Below are positions 18,501-28,135 of a stretch of DNA of 64,000 bases, in pieces. Both the position numbers and the translations under genes were made by a program. Position 1 is the first letter of the stretch. Every line of letters begins with the position of its first letter. Source of the DNA: an uncultured virus (IMG/VR IMGVR_UViG_3300023174_000139) (taxonomy: Duplodnaviria > Heunggongvirae > Uroviricota > Caudoviricetes); the IMG/VR virus record IMGVR_UViG_3300023174_000139; one strand, 5' to 3'. Below the pieces are notes generated by a model. That model saw nothing but the letters and a program-made list of their open reading frames with translations. It did not search any database and was not told the DNA's origin.

Positions 18501-20762
18501 TTACAATTTACACGCTCCACTGGAGCAATCTCTATCTTCTTTTTGATTAAGTGACTGTTCTTTATCTCCATCATCAGTATTATTGTAATATAAACTAATT
18601 AATCCAAGACTATAAGCGTACATTACTTCTTTCATAACTTTTGCGTCTGGTAACACATTATTTTCATAGTGACTATAATTATAGTATACATTAGTTGATA
18701 TTGCCATGTCAATATATTTTTGAATAACTGCGTTAATTTTTAATAGACCAGAGTTGTCTTTAAGATCATAAGCTAATTCATAATTATCATCATATTTGCC
18801 AATTCCTGGCACCATGACTGGAAGCTTGCCCATTTTACTAGTTTTATAAGTTATAAGACTTCTGATTGGTTCTACCCCATTTGTTGAACATTGAATTACA
18901 GAACTGCTTTCACAAGGCATACAAGAGGATAATGTTGAATTTCTTAGACCAAATTCTTTAATATCTTTTCTTAGCTTATCCCAATCAAGAGATAATTTTC
19001 TTTTAACTAATTCATCTACCTTATCTTTATAAGTATCAATAGGTAGTATACCTTTAGCATACTTAGTTTTATCAAATTTTTCGCATTTACCTTTTTCTTT
19101 TGCTAACTCAACGCTACTCTTTAAAAGATAATACTGAAAATGTTCCATCCATTCATCAATAACTGATAATGATTTATCAGAAGTATATTTTAATTCATTC
19201 TTCGCTAAAAATGCTGCTAAATTAGTTATTCCAACTCCAAGACTTCTACGTTTTTTTGCAAAATTCTCAGAAGCAATATTAAAATAATCTTGAAGGTCAA
19301 TAATTTCATCAAGAAATCTAACGATAAGATCGCAAGTCTTTTCAAGATCTTGCCAGTTTTTAATTTCTAGCATATTTACTGCTGAAAGAATACACATTCC
19401 AATTTCTGCGTTTTTATCATGATAATCATTTAATGGAATAGTTGGATGAATTACTTCTGTACAAAGATTACTCATAGTAACTTTATCTAACCAAGCGCCA
19501 TGATTATTTGCGTGATCAACATTCAATATATAAATACGGCCAGTTTCTACTCTCTCTTTAATTATAAGAGAAAACAATTTACGTGCAGACACTTTCTTTT
19601 TAAATTTTAATTTTTTAGATTCACACTCTTTATATACTTTATCGAAATCTTTTGTTCCCCATGCTTCGTAAAGTTCTGGTACTTCTGAAGTATTAAATAA
19701 AGTAATGTCTTCATCTTTTAAAACTCTATCATAAAATAATTTACTCATACCAACTGTATAATCAAGCTTACGAACCCTGTTATCATCTGTTCCAGCATTA
19801 TTTTTTAATACAATAATATCTTCAATTTCATAATGCCACCATTGAATATTGCAAGTTGCGCTACCACCTCTTAAGCCATTCTGTTGCCAAGCCTTTACGC
19901 TGCTCTCATAGATTTTTAAAAATGGGATTAAACCAGTATGGACAACCTCACCATTTTTAATTGGTGAACCAATAGCTCTAATTTTACTGACATCAATACC
20001 AATACCACATCTATTAGCGGTAGCCATGCTTACTGCGGTTGCACTAGCTGTAATACTTTCTCTAGTGTCATCTACTCCAATCAAACAGCAACTAGCGTAA
20101 TTTCTACTATTAGTCCTAACGCCAGCCATAACTGGGGTTGGTAGATTTATTTTATGCTTGCTAATTGCATCGTAAAATTTTCTAATATAAGAAAGCCTTG
20201 TATCTACTGGATATTTAGCGAAAGAATAAGCAGCAATTAATATGTATGCAAACTGTGGTGTTTCATAAATTCTTCCATTTACTCTATCCTTAATTAAATA
20301 TTTATCGCAAAGCTGCTTTATGCCAGCGTAAGTAAATATAAAATCTCTATCGTGATCAATGAACTCACCGATTTTATTAATTTCATCTTCTGAATAATAT
20401 TTTAAAATACTATCATCATAAATTTTATTCTTAATGCTTTCTTTTAAGAATTCAGACAATCTTGGTGAATGTTTACCTTTCCATACGTCTTTTCTCAACT
20501 GATAACTTAAAAGTCTAGCTGCTACGAATTGATAATTTGGTTTTTCGATAGAAATTAAATTAGCTGCACTTTCAATTAAAAGATTATGTATCTCTTTACT
20601 CGATACTCCGTCATGAATATTTATTTTTGCATTAATCTCAATATCAGTTAAACTTACTCCAGAGTAACCATCTATTGCCCAGTTGATTACTCGATTGATC
20701 TTCTCTATATCAAATTTTTCTGTAGACCCATTCCGTTTCTTTACATTTATATATTTACTCAT
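18501..20762 (-). CDS. nrdA: Class Ia ribonucleotide reductase alpha subunit with ATP cone
   Basis: VKKRNG ATP cone, PTPVMAG, SCCLI, SNLCTE, C-terminal CSSGACKL; start MSKYINV at 20762. Confidence 0.95.
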   Translation of the reverse strand: MSKYINVKKRNGSTEKFDIEKINRVINWAIDGYSGVSLTDIEINAKINIHDGVSSKEIHNLLIESAANLISIEKPNYQFVAARLLSYQLRKDVWKGKHSPRLSEFLKESIKNKIYDDSILKYYSEDEINKIGEFIDHDRDFIFTYAGIKQLCDKYLIKDRVNGRIYETPQFAYILIAAYSFAKYPVDTRLSYIRKFYDAISKHKINLPTPVMAGVRTNSRNYASCCLIGVDDTRESITASATAVSMATANRCGIGIDVSKIRAIGSPIKNGEVVHTGLIPFLKIYESSVKAWQQNGLRGGSATCNIQWWHYEIEDIIVLKNNAGTDDNRVRKLDYTVGMSKLFYDRVLKDEDITLFNTSEVPELYEAWGTKDFDKVYKECESKKLKFKKKVSARKLFSLIIKERVETGRIYILNVDHANNHGAWLDKVTMSNLCTEVIHPTIPLNDYHDKNAEIGMCILSAVNMLEIKNWQDLEKTCDLIVRFLDEIIDLQDYFNIASENFAKKRRSLGVGITNLAAFLAKNELKYTSDKSLSVIDEWMEHFQYYLLKSSVELAKEKGKCEKFDKTKYAKGILPIDTYKDKVDELVKRKLSLDWDKLRKDIKEFGLRNSTLSSCMPCESSSVIQCSTNGVEPIRSLITYKTSKMGKLPVMVPGIGKYDDNYELAYDLKDNSGLLKINAVIQKYIDMAISTNVYYNYSHYENNVLPDAKVMKEVMYAYSLGLISLYYNNTDDGDKEQSLNQKEDRDCSSGACKL

Positions 20763-20883
20763 ACTTACTGTGAATATAAGTTTACAGTATTTTTTAAATT
20801 TATAAAAGAAAATTTTTGTTGTTGTTAACAATACATTGAACTTACTTTAGATATGTGTACAGAATCTCTAATCTCTTATTAAT

Positions 20884-21143
20884 TATTTTCCCAATGAGCT
20901 CTTGCAAAGCGAAGCTTTCCCTGTATTAGAGGGGCATTTCGAGCTAACTGATCCATTTTCCCAATTGAGTCTATAAGCCTTTCGGCTCGCCTAACACTTA
21001 TCGGATGTCGGTAGGATCATCCATCGCGTGTTAGCCCTTGCACCTACGCTCCCTTAATTTCTTAAGGTTTCTCGGGTCGCAAGCTTCGTTAGCGTTGCCC
21101 GACGTTTCGGATCAATTCAAACTCACTATTTTTAGAAAATAGC
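20884..21143 (-). ncRNA. Unidentified highly structured RNA upstream of nrdA
   Basis: About 48% GC (my count, 20941-21120) in an AT-rich genome, no ORF, at least 7 helices, two GAAA-capped hairpins, three pseudoknot-type pairings, promoter upstream. Confidence 0.7.
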
Positions 21144-21165
21144 AAAACTTTGTATTATTTTACTA

Positions 21166-21208
21166 ATACTATATATTGTATAGTACCTATTATTTTTTTG
21201 TTTGTCAA
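21166..21208 (-). promoter_or_regulatory. Sigma70 promoter TTGACA-N17-TACTAT with overlapping NrdR-box-like palindrome
   Basis: -35 at 21208-21203, -10 at 21185-21180; ATACTATATATTGTAT (21166-21181) matches acaCwAtATaTwGtgt at 14/16. Confidence 0.55.
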
Positions 21209-21235
21209 TTTTATTTTTCATGTTATAATTATTAA

Positions 21236-21997
21236 ATGTTTAGTATATATAGTTCTGCTTTTAATCTTATCAAGAATAATTTCAATTATATTGAATCTAT
21301 TAATAATTTTTGCGGTTTTGCAGATGAAGTAGTTATAGCAGTAAACAAATCAGAGGATAATACGCTTGAAGTATTGAAATCATTGAATTTCAATAATTTA
21401 AAATTAATTGAAACAAACTTCTCTTATAAAGACCCATTATTAGATGGTAAAATTAAAAATGAAGCACTGCAAGCAACTAAAGAAGAATTTAAAATTGGAT
21501 TAGACATGGATGAATATATCCCATTATGGCAAAAAGATATTTGGACTAATTTAGCATATCAATTAAGATTTGATCTTTATGATTGCTATATGATACCTTC
21601 AATTAATCTTTATGAAAATAAAGATCATTATTTTTCAATCGGTCATAAATGGTACTTACATAAAGGCAATCTTTTTAGAGGAGCAGTTAATTTTGCTAAA
21701 AATCAAAATGGAACAGTAGACACATCAAGAAGCGATACCTGTGAATTGATAGATTCAAATGGGAATTTAGTATCATCTAAAATGTTTGACAATGATATTA
21801 ATTCATTAAGATCTAAAATAGTTCCATTTGTAGTCCATAATGGATATTTAAATTTACAAGATAGAGTCTTAAGGAATAAAAATTTTTGGAAAGAGCATTG
21901 GAAAATTGAATCTGGCGGAATTGAACCAACTCATAAAGTACATGAATCTTTAGAAGATTTCTCAGAAAGATATTATAAACACGATTTAGATATATGA
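21236..21997 (+). CDS. Glycosyltransferase, GT-A (GT2-like)
   Basis: ADEVVIAV..SEDNT, LDMDE. Confidence 0.75.
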   Translation: MFSIYSSAFNLIKNNFNYIESINNFCGFADEVVIAVNKSEDNTLEVLKSLNFNNLKLIETNFSYKDPLLDGKIKNEALQATKEEFKIGLDMDEYIPLWQKDIWTNLAYQLRFDLYDCYMIPSINLYENKDHYFSIGHKWYLHKGNLFRGAVNFAKNQNGTVDTSRSDTCELIDSNGNLVSSKMFDNDINSLRSKIVPFVVHNGYLNLQDRVLRNKNFWKEHWKIESGGIEPTHKVHESLEDFSERYYKHDLDI

Positions 21998-23010
21998 AGA
22001 TTGCCTTGATAGCAAATGATTATGTTCAACAATTCCCATTAGAAAATTACGGAGGAATTGAAACTTGCGTTGAAAATCTAGCTCAAGGTTTATTTGACAA
22101 TAAGGTTGATTTCTTTGTTGTTTGTCCAAAGAGAAAAAATAAAAAAGAATATCCTTTTGAAATTTATGAAACAGAAGAAGAACCAACATCGTTAAGCAAT
22201 AAGAATAGTTCATATTATGCCTATTCTGTAGCCAAAGTTTTAAAAAATTTAAAATTTGACATTATTTGGAGTCAAAGCAATTGGAGTATAGATCCTCTTT
22301 TATGTTTTAAAAAACCAATTATCTGTACATTTCAAGATAGTTGCGAAAAACAACATGGATGGATGAAAGATTTGGACAAAGTAAAATACAGATTCATTTC
22401 TAATTTTCAGCACAATAATTGGGTTAAGGAAGATTGGGAAAAAGAAAAAAGCTTTATGTGTTATACTGGTTTAACAGACTCTGAATTTAAACTCAATGAA
22501 TCAAAAAAAGATTATTTTTTATGGTGTGCAGGATTAAATTGGGGACTTAACGCAAAAGGATTAGATGTTTTTATAAAATTATCAGAAATTTATAAAGATA
22601 AAAATTTTATTGCATATGGCGCAGGTAATAAAGAATTAGAAGAATATCTTTTAAATAAAACTAAAAATAATTCTAATTTTATATATAAAGGTAAATTAAA
22701 TAGAGGCCACGAGCATGACGATGCCTTTTCTAATGCAAAAGCTTTTTTCATGCCTACAAGACTTCCAGAGGCTTTAGGAAGAACAATTATAGAAAGTTTT
22801 TCAAAAGGAACACCAGTATATGGTTCAGGCAATGGATCACTAAATGAATTAATTGAAAATAAGATAAATGGTTTCAAATTTTCGTTAGAAACACTTGATT
22901 TAGATTTAGATTTTCAATTTAATTATAAAAATATTTTTGAACATTCAAAAAAATTTAATATTTTAGAAGAAATTAATAAACTTTCAAAAGAAAGCCTCAA
23001 ACTGCTATGA
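21994..23010 (+). CDS. Glycosyltransferase GT4
   Basis: MKIALIA...YGGIE, KGLD, EALGRTIIESFSKGTPV. Confidence 0.85.
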   Translation: MKIALIANDYVQQFPLENYGGIETCVENLAQGLFDNKVDFFVVCPKRKNKKEYPFEIYETEEEPTSLSNKNSSYYAYSVAKVLKNLKFDIIWSQSNWSIDPLLCFKKPIICTFQDSCEKQHGWMKDLDKVKYRFISNFQHNNWVKEDWEKEKSFMCYTGLTDSEFKLNESKKDYFLWCAGLNWGLNAKGLDVFIKLSEIYKDKNFIAYGAGNKELEEYLLNKTKNNSNFIYKGKLNRGHEHDDAFSNAKAFFMPTRLPEALGRTIIESFSKGTPVYGSGNGSLNELIENKINGFKFSLETLDLDLDFQFNYKNIFEHSKKFNILEEINKLSKESLKLL

Positions 23011-23753
23011 AAATTGGAATCATATTTGCAGGTTTTAATAATTTTAAATATGCATCAACAAGCATAATACCATGGATTTTATATAAAAAAATGTATTCAA
23101 ACAATATTTTTATAGCTGCCGTTTCAGTTCCATTTAAGGAGTATGAAGATAAAGATATCAAAGAAGATGCGACTACAGAATATTTAATTAATTTAGCAAA
23201 TGAAAATTTTATAGATATATGCTTTAATCAACCTAAATTTATAAAAGAAAATGAAGCAAGAAATATGCCCTTATTTTATCTTCTTGATAAAAATGTAGAT
23301 TATATAATGATTGTAGATTCAGACGAACTCTATTCATTAGAAGACATAGCAAGGATAATTCAATACATATCTGAAAATGATTTAGAGGCATTTAAAATTA
23401 ATTTTAAAAACTATATATTAGACGGAAAAACATATTTAGATGGATTTTGCCCATTTAGAATATTTAAAACAAAAATTCATGATGGTATAGATTCATTTTA
23501 TTGGGATAACGATATTAAATATAGAAATGGAAAAACTAATAATCAACTAATATATGCAGATATACCAAAAGAAGTAGCATATATAAAACATATGACATGG
23601 CTAAATGAAAATGGCAAAGAAAAGGTTGAGTATCATCTTAAGCATTTTGGAGCATGTTCATACAAGTGGAACCAAGATAAAATGGAATTAGAGATAGATT
23701 GGGAATATTATGATAGGATGGGATATTCAAGACCGATTTTAAATAAAGAATAA
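23007..23753 (+). CDS. Glycosyltransferase, GT-A (GT2-like)
   Basis: ARN...DYIMIVDSDE. Confidence 0.7.
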   Translation: MKIGIIFAGFNNFKYASTSIIPWILYKKMYSNNIFIAAVSVPFKEYEDKDIKEDATTEYLINLANENFIDICFNQPKFIKENEARNMPLFYLLDKNVDYIMIVDSDELYSLEDIARIIQYISENDLEAFKINFKNYILDGKTYLDGFCPFRIFKTKIHDGIDSFYWDNDIKYRNGKTNNQLIYADIPKEVAYIKHMTWLNENGKEKVEYHLKHFGACSYKWNQDKMELEIDWEYYDRMGYSRPILNKE

Positions 23754-23758
23754 TTAAT

Positions 23759-24586
23759 ATGTTAATTGGCAATGTTTATTATAATAGAATAAATACGGAA
23801 AATCATACCAACTGGTGGGAATGGGATTTTTATTCAGAAGTAGCAAAAATAATATCAGAAGATAAATTAGTTAAAAAATATAATTTTAGAGTATATTTAA
23901 CTGATCCATACAAAGTAAATCCACAAAAAGATGATATTGTAATATTTACATCATTTGAAACATACGATATCCCAGATTTTATAAATATTCCTTTTTTAAC
24001 ATTCAAGCAGTATGTTAAGGAAAATATACCAAATAAATTATATGGATTGCCATTAGGATTAAATTATCCAATTATACATACGCCAAATTTACTAATAAGC
24101 GAGCGTAAGATTGATTTATGTTTTTTAGGTCAGTATGAAAATAGATATAATAGAAAACACATCATAGACTTTATAAAAAATAAATTTTCAGATCGTAATA
24201 TAGTAATAGGTTCAGATAAATCAGTAATAGAATATTATTTAACTTTATCAAATTCAAAAATATCTTTATGTTTAGATGGAGGGATGGTTCCAGAAGCTTA
24301 TAGATTTTTTGAAGCATTAAAATATGGGTGTGTCACAATAGCTAATGAATTTTTATTAAATTTAGATATTTATAAAAATGCACCATTTATTCCTATTAAT
24401 TGGAATAATTTAGATGCACTTGAGAATAAAATTAATTTCTTATTAAATAACGTATCTAGTTTAGATGATAGTTCTCATATAAATAATACATTTTGGCAAA
24501 ATAATTATAGTCAAAAAGCTCAAGCTAATTTTATTATAGATAAAATACATAAAAAAATATATAATTCAATTAAACAAAAGGAGTAA
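23759..24586 (+). CDS. Exostosin/GT47-like glycosyltransferase
   Basis: RKIDLCFLG, SKISLCLDG...YRFFEALKYGC. Confidence 0.65.
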   Translation: MLIGNVYYNRINTENHTNWWEWDFYSEVAKIISEDKLVKKYNFRVYLTDPYKVNPQKDDIVIFTSFETYDIPDFINIPFLTFKQYVKENIPNKLYGLPLGLNYPIIHTPNLLISERKIDLCFLGQYENRYNRKHIIDFIKNKFSDRNIVIGSDKSVIEYYLTLSNSKISLCLDGGMVPEAYRFFEALKYGCVTIANEFLLNLDIYKNAPFIPINWNNLDALENKINFLLNNVSSLDDSSHINNTFWQNNYSQKAQANFIIDKIHKKIYNSIKQKE

Positions 24587-24587
24587 T

Positions 24588-25208
24588 ATGGGATTTCAAC
24601 CACAAATTATAGAAGGTTTACATGCAGGTCAATCAGTTAATATGTTTGAGGCATTTGATAAGTTTTTCAATAGATTAAAAGAACTTAATAAATTGCCATC
24701 TAGAATTATAGAACTTGGAACATGCTGTGGGGGTTTTACAGTTTTTTTAAAGAAGCATCCTCTTGTACCGAGTAATTGTGAGTTATATACTTATGATTTT
24801 ACAGATTGGAATTTGTCTGGCAGAGATGGAGCTACAAAAGATGGAAGAGAAATTTTAAAGTCTTTAAATATAAAATTTATACAAGTTGATATTTTTGCAG
24901 AAGAAACAATTAAAAATGTTAAAAATCTTATTCAAATGGAAGGCACATCTATTGTATTTTGTGATGGAGGAGATAAAAAAGTAGAATTTAATTTATTTTC
25001 TGAATTTTTAAAAAGTGGAGATATTATATTGGCTCATGATTATATAGATACAGTAGAAAATTTTGAAGCAAATTTCAAAGGTAAAATATGGGATGGTCAA
25101 GAAATAAAAGAATCAGACATAACTGGAGCATGTCAAAAATATAATCTTAAACCCTTCATGCAAGAAGAATTATCTAAAGCTGTTTGGGCATCCAGAATGA
25201 AAGAGTAA
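24588..25208 (+). CDS. Class I SAM-dependent methyltransferase
   Basis: IIELGTCCGG, FCDGG, GDIILAHDY. Confidence 0.75.
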   Translation: MGFQPQIIEGLHAGQSVNMFEAFDKFFNRLKELNKLPSRIIELGTCCGGFTVFLKKHPLVPSNCELYTYDFTDWNLSGRDGATKDGREILKSLNIKFIQVDIFAEETIKNVKNLIQMEGTSIVFCDGGDKKVEFNLFSEFLKSGDIILAHDYIDTVENFEANFKGKIWDGQEIKESDITGACQKYNLKPFMQEELSKAVWASRMKE

Positions 25209-25209
25209 T

Positions 25210-25563
25210 ATGGGCCCCAATACAATTATTTGTGATATTGATGGAACTTTAATTGAGCATAAAGGAGACATATGCAAACAACATATTGATGATTTAAATT
25301 TACTGGATGGCACTTTAGAAAAATTAAAAGAATGGGATAGAAAAGGATATAGGCTAATATTATTAACGGGTAGGAGAGAAGGCGTAAGAAAATACACAGA
25401 AAATCAATTATCAAAAGCTGGGATTTTTTATGATCTACTAATAATGGGAGTAGGAAATGGAAAAAGAATTTTAATAAACGATAAGAAAGCATCGTCAGAA
25501 GATGATACTGCTATTGCGTTTAATTTAAAAAGAAATGAAGGAATTAAAAATGTTAATATCTAA
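25210..25563 (+). CDS. HAD-family phosphatase (capsule-locus type)
   Basis: DIDGTL, LTGR, INDK. Confidence 0.8.
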   Translation: MGPNTIICDIDGTLIEHKGDICKQHIDDLNLLDGTLEKLKEWDRKGYRLILLTGRREGVRKYTENQLSKAGIFYDLLIMGVGNGKRILINDKKASSEDDTAIAFNLKRNEGIKNVNI

Positions 25564-25897
25564 AACAGAAAAACCATGGGGATACGAAGAGCTATTGGAG
25601 CAAAATCAATTTTATGTAGTAAAAAGATTATTGATGCGTAAAGACAAGAAGTGCAGTTTACAATATCACGATTTTAAACATGAGACGTTTATTGTTTTAG
25701 AAGGAAAATTGAGGTTCTATTATGGAAATGATAAAGATAATTTAAATATAATAGAATTAAATCCTGGAGATCATTTTTGTGTTCCAACTAAAATGGTTCA
25801 TAGAATGGAAGGCATTACCGACGCTTTATATTTAGAATGCTCAACGAATCATTTAGATGACGTTATCAGAGTTCAAGACGATTATGGCAGACTATAA
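25550..25897 (+). CDS. Cupin sugar isomerase (type II PMI C-terminal-like)
   Basis: KPWGYEE, CSLQYH..KHETF, HRM, DDVIRVQDDYGR. Confidence 0.8.
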   Translation: MLISKTEKPWGYEELLEQNQFYVVKRLLMRKDKKCSLQYHDFKHETFIVLEGKLRFYYGNDKDNLNIIELNPGDHFCVPTKMVHRMEGITDALYLECSTNHLDDVIRVQDDYGRL

Positions 25898-27458
25898 AGT
25901 ACTAGTAACAACAAGTGGAATAGGTAGCAGATTAGGTGATTTAACAAAATTTACAAATAAATCCCTAGTAAGGATTGGAAAAAAACCAGCTTTATCATAT
26001 ATTGTTGAAAGTTATCCAGACGATATAACCATAGTTGTCACATTAGGTCATTTTGGCGATCAAGTAAAAGATTTCTTAACACTAGCCTATCCTAGCAAAA
26101 AATTTGAATTTGTTAGAGTAGATAAATACGAGGGAGAAGGTAGTAGTCTACTATATTCAATTAGTTGTGCTAAAAAATATTTACAATGCAAATTTATTTT
26201 TAATGCAAGCGATACAATCATTACAGAGAAAATACCTAATTTAAATCAAAATTGGCTCGCTGGAGCAAAGCAAAAAAACTCTGCCCAATACAGGAGTTTT
26301 GATATTCAAAAAAATAAAATAGTAAGAATTAATGAAAAAGGTCAAATTAATTATGATTATGATTATATAGGTTTATGTGGAATCAAAGATTATAAACTTT
26401 TTTGGAAAATTTTGGATGATATTCTAAATAAAAGAAAAAATGACAATTCGCTATCAGATTGTCATGTGATAGAAGAAATGCTAAAGCATAAAGATTTTAC
26501 TTATAAACAATTTGATTCTTGGTTGGATATTGGAAATGTTGATTCTCTCAATGAGTCTAGGAAAAAATGTAAAGATAAATTTGAAATTCTAGATAAATCA
26601 GATGAATCAATTTTTATTTTTGATAAGTTTGTTATAAAATTTTTTCATGACGAAAAGATTTGCAAAAATAGAGTTTTAAGAGTAAAATATTTAAACAATA
26701 CGTGTCCAGAAATTTTAGCCTATAAAAATAATTTTTATAAATACTCGATAGCAAATGGAGATGTTCTATCAAAAGTAATAGATACACAAAAATTTAATAA
26801 ATTATTATCTTTTGCTAAAGACAATCTTTGGTTAAAGGTTCATGCAGGAATAGAATTTAAAAAAATATGCGAACTTTTTTACAAAGATAAAACAATAGAA
26901 AGAGTAAATAAAACATTAATAAAACACAATATTTCGGATAATGAAGAAATAATCAACGGAATTAAGATACCAAAAACTTTAGATCTAATAAAATCTATAG
27001 ATTTTCAATCTTTATGCAATGATGACGCTTTTAAATTTCATGGAGATTTTATTTTGGATAATATTATTTATAATAAAAATAAATTCAAACTTATTGACTG
27101 GAGACAAGACTTTGGTGGTAATATTGAATATGGCGACAGATATTATGATTTAGCAAAATTAAATCATAGTTTAGTGTTAAATCACGATATTATTAATAAA
27201 AATTTATTCTTTATAAAAAATAAAGATAATAAAATATTTTGCGATATCTTAAGAAGTAATAATCTATGCGACTGCCAAAAGGTTTTTAATACATTCATAA
27301 AAAATAATAATTTAAATCAAAAAAAGATAAATATTTTAACTTCCCTAATTTGGTTAAATATGTCGCCCCTGCATGAATATCCATTAAGCTTATTTTTGTA
27401 TTATTTTGGAAAATATAATTTATACATTAACTTAACAGATTCATATAATAATTCATGA
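25884..27458 (+). CDS. Nucleotidyltransferase fused to APH/choline-kinase-like phosphotransferase
   Basis: N-terminal SGIGSRL...NKSL, WLDIGN; C-terminal HGDFILDN, LIDWR, YDLAKL. Confidence 0.8.
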   Translation: MADYKVLVTTSGIGSRLGDLTKFTNKSLVRIGKKPALSYIVESYPDDITIVVTLGHFGDQVKDFLTLAYPSKKFEFVRVDKYEGEGSSLLYSISCAKKYLQCKFIFNASDTIITEKIPNLNQNWLAGAKQKNSAQYRSFDIQKNKIVRINEKGQINYDYDYIGLCGIKDYKLFWKILDDILNKRKNDNSLSDCHVIEEMLKHKDFTYKQFDSWLDIGNVDSLNESRKKCKDKFEILDKSDESIFIFDKFVIKFFHDEKICKNRVLRVKYLNNTCPEILAYKNNFYKYSIANGDVLSKVIDTQKFNKLLSFAKDNLWLKVHAGIEFKKICELFYKDKTIERVNKTLIKHNISDNEEIINGIKIPKTLDLIKSIDFQSLCNDDAFKFHGDFILDNIIYNKNKFKLIDWRQDFGGNIEYGDRYYDLAKLNHSLVLNHDIINKNLFFIKNKDNKIFCDILRSNNLCDCQKVFNTFIKNNNLNQKKINILTSLIWLNMSPLHEYPLSLFLYYFGKYNLYINLTDSYNNS

Positions 27459-28135
27459 ATTTAATACATAATGTAGAATATTCTTTCTACTGCTCGAAAG
27501 AACTAGATTTTAATATTATAGATAACTCATCTAGAATTAATCATTTAGATGCAAATCCGCCTGGAGATTGGGTAGCAGTATCAACAGCATTAAAATTAAT
27601 GACAGATTCTTTTACTCAAGACCAGTGGAATATACTAGAGGTTGGAACCGCGCATGGGCATTTTCTTAAATCAATGCATTTATATCTAGAAACAATTAAA
27701 AGCAATAATACTCAAGCCTATGGATTAGATAGTAAACTTCATGGTTATGATCCTAGATTTTTTAATGGAATAGACATGCATTTTGTAGATGGTAAATCTA
27801 CAGATAGATCTATAATAGATTCCTTAAATGATAATTTTCATTTTATTTTCATTGATGCTTGTCATTGTAGGCTGCACGTATTAAAAGATCTCACAGCTTA
27901 TCATAATAAAGTTAAAATTGGAGGATACTTGGGATTACATGACACCTCTCCAAAATTTCAAGGAGGAACAGAGCAACCTAAAACAGAAGAATGTGATCAA
28001 GAAGACACGCATATTAATGTTATAAAAGGAATTCAAGATTTTAATATTGAAGATAAAGGATTTGAATTAATAATAGATGAATATGATAATCAAAAATATT
28101 GGGGTGGAGTAAGAATTTACAAAAGAATAAAATGA
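27455..28135 (+). CDS. Class I SAM-dependent methyltransferase (Methyltransf_24-like)
   Basis: LEVGTAHG, FIFIDACH, GGYLGLHDT. Confidence 0.8.
   Translation: MNLIHNVEYSFYCSKELDFNIIDNSSRINHLDANPPGDWVAVSTALKLMTDSFTQDQWNILEVGTAHGHFLKSMHLYLETIKSNNTQAYGLDSKLHGYDPRFFNGIDMHFVDGKSTDRSIIDSLNDNFHFIFIDACHCRLHVLKDLTAYHNKVKIGGYLGLHDTSPKFQGGTEQPKTEECDQEDTHINVIKGIQDFNIEDKGFELIIDEYDNQKYWGGVRIYKRIK

Noticed and set aside
20884..21143. RNase P RNA, cobalamin riboswitch or self-splicing intron
   Set aside because: Only fragments resemble them (GGCTTATAG, GGTGCAA). No GAGGAAAGTCC/P4 pairing, no B12-box GCCACTG, no interrupted gene or intron ends.
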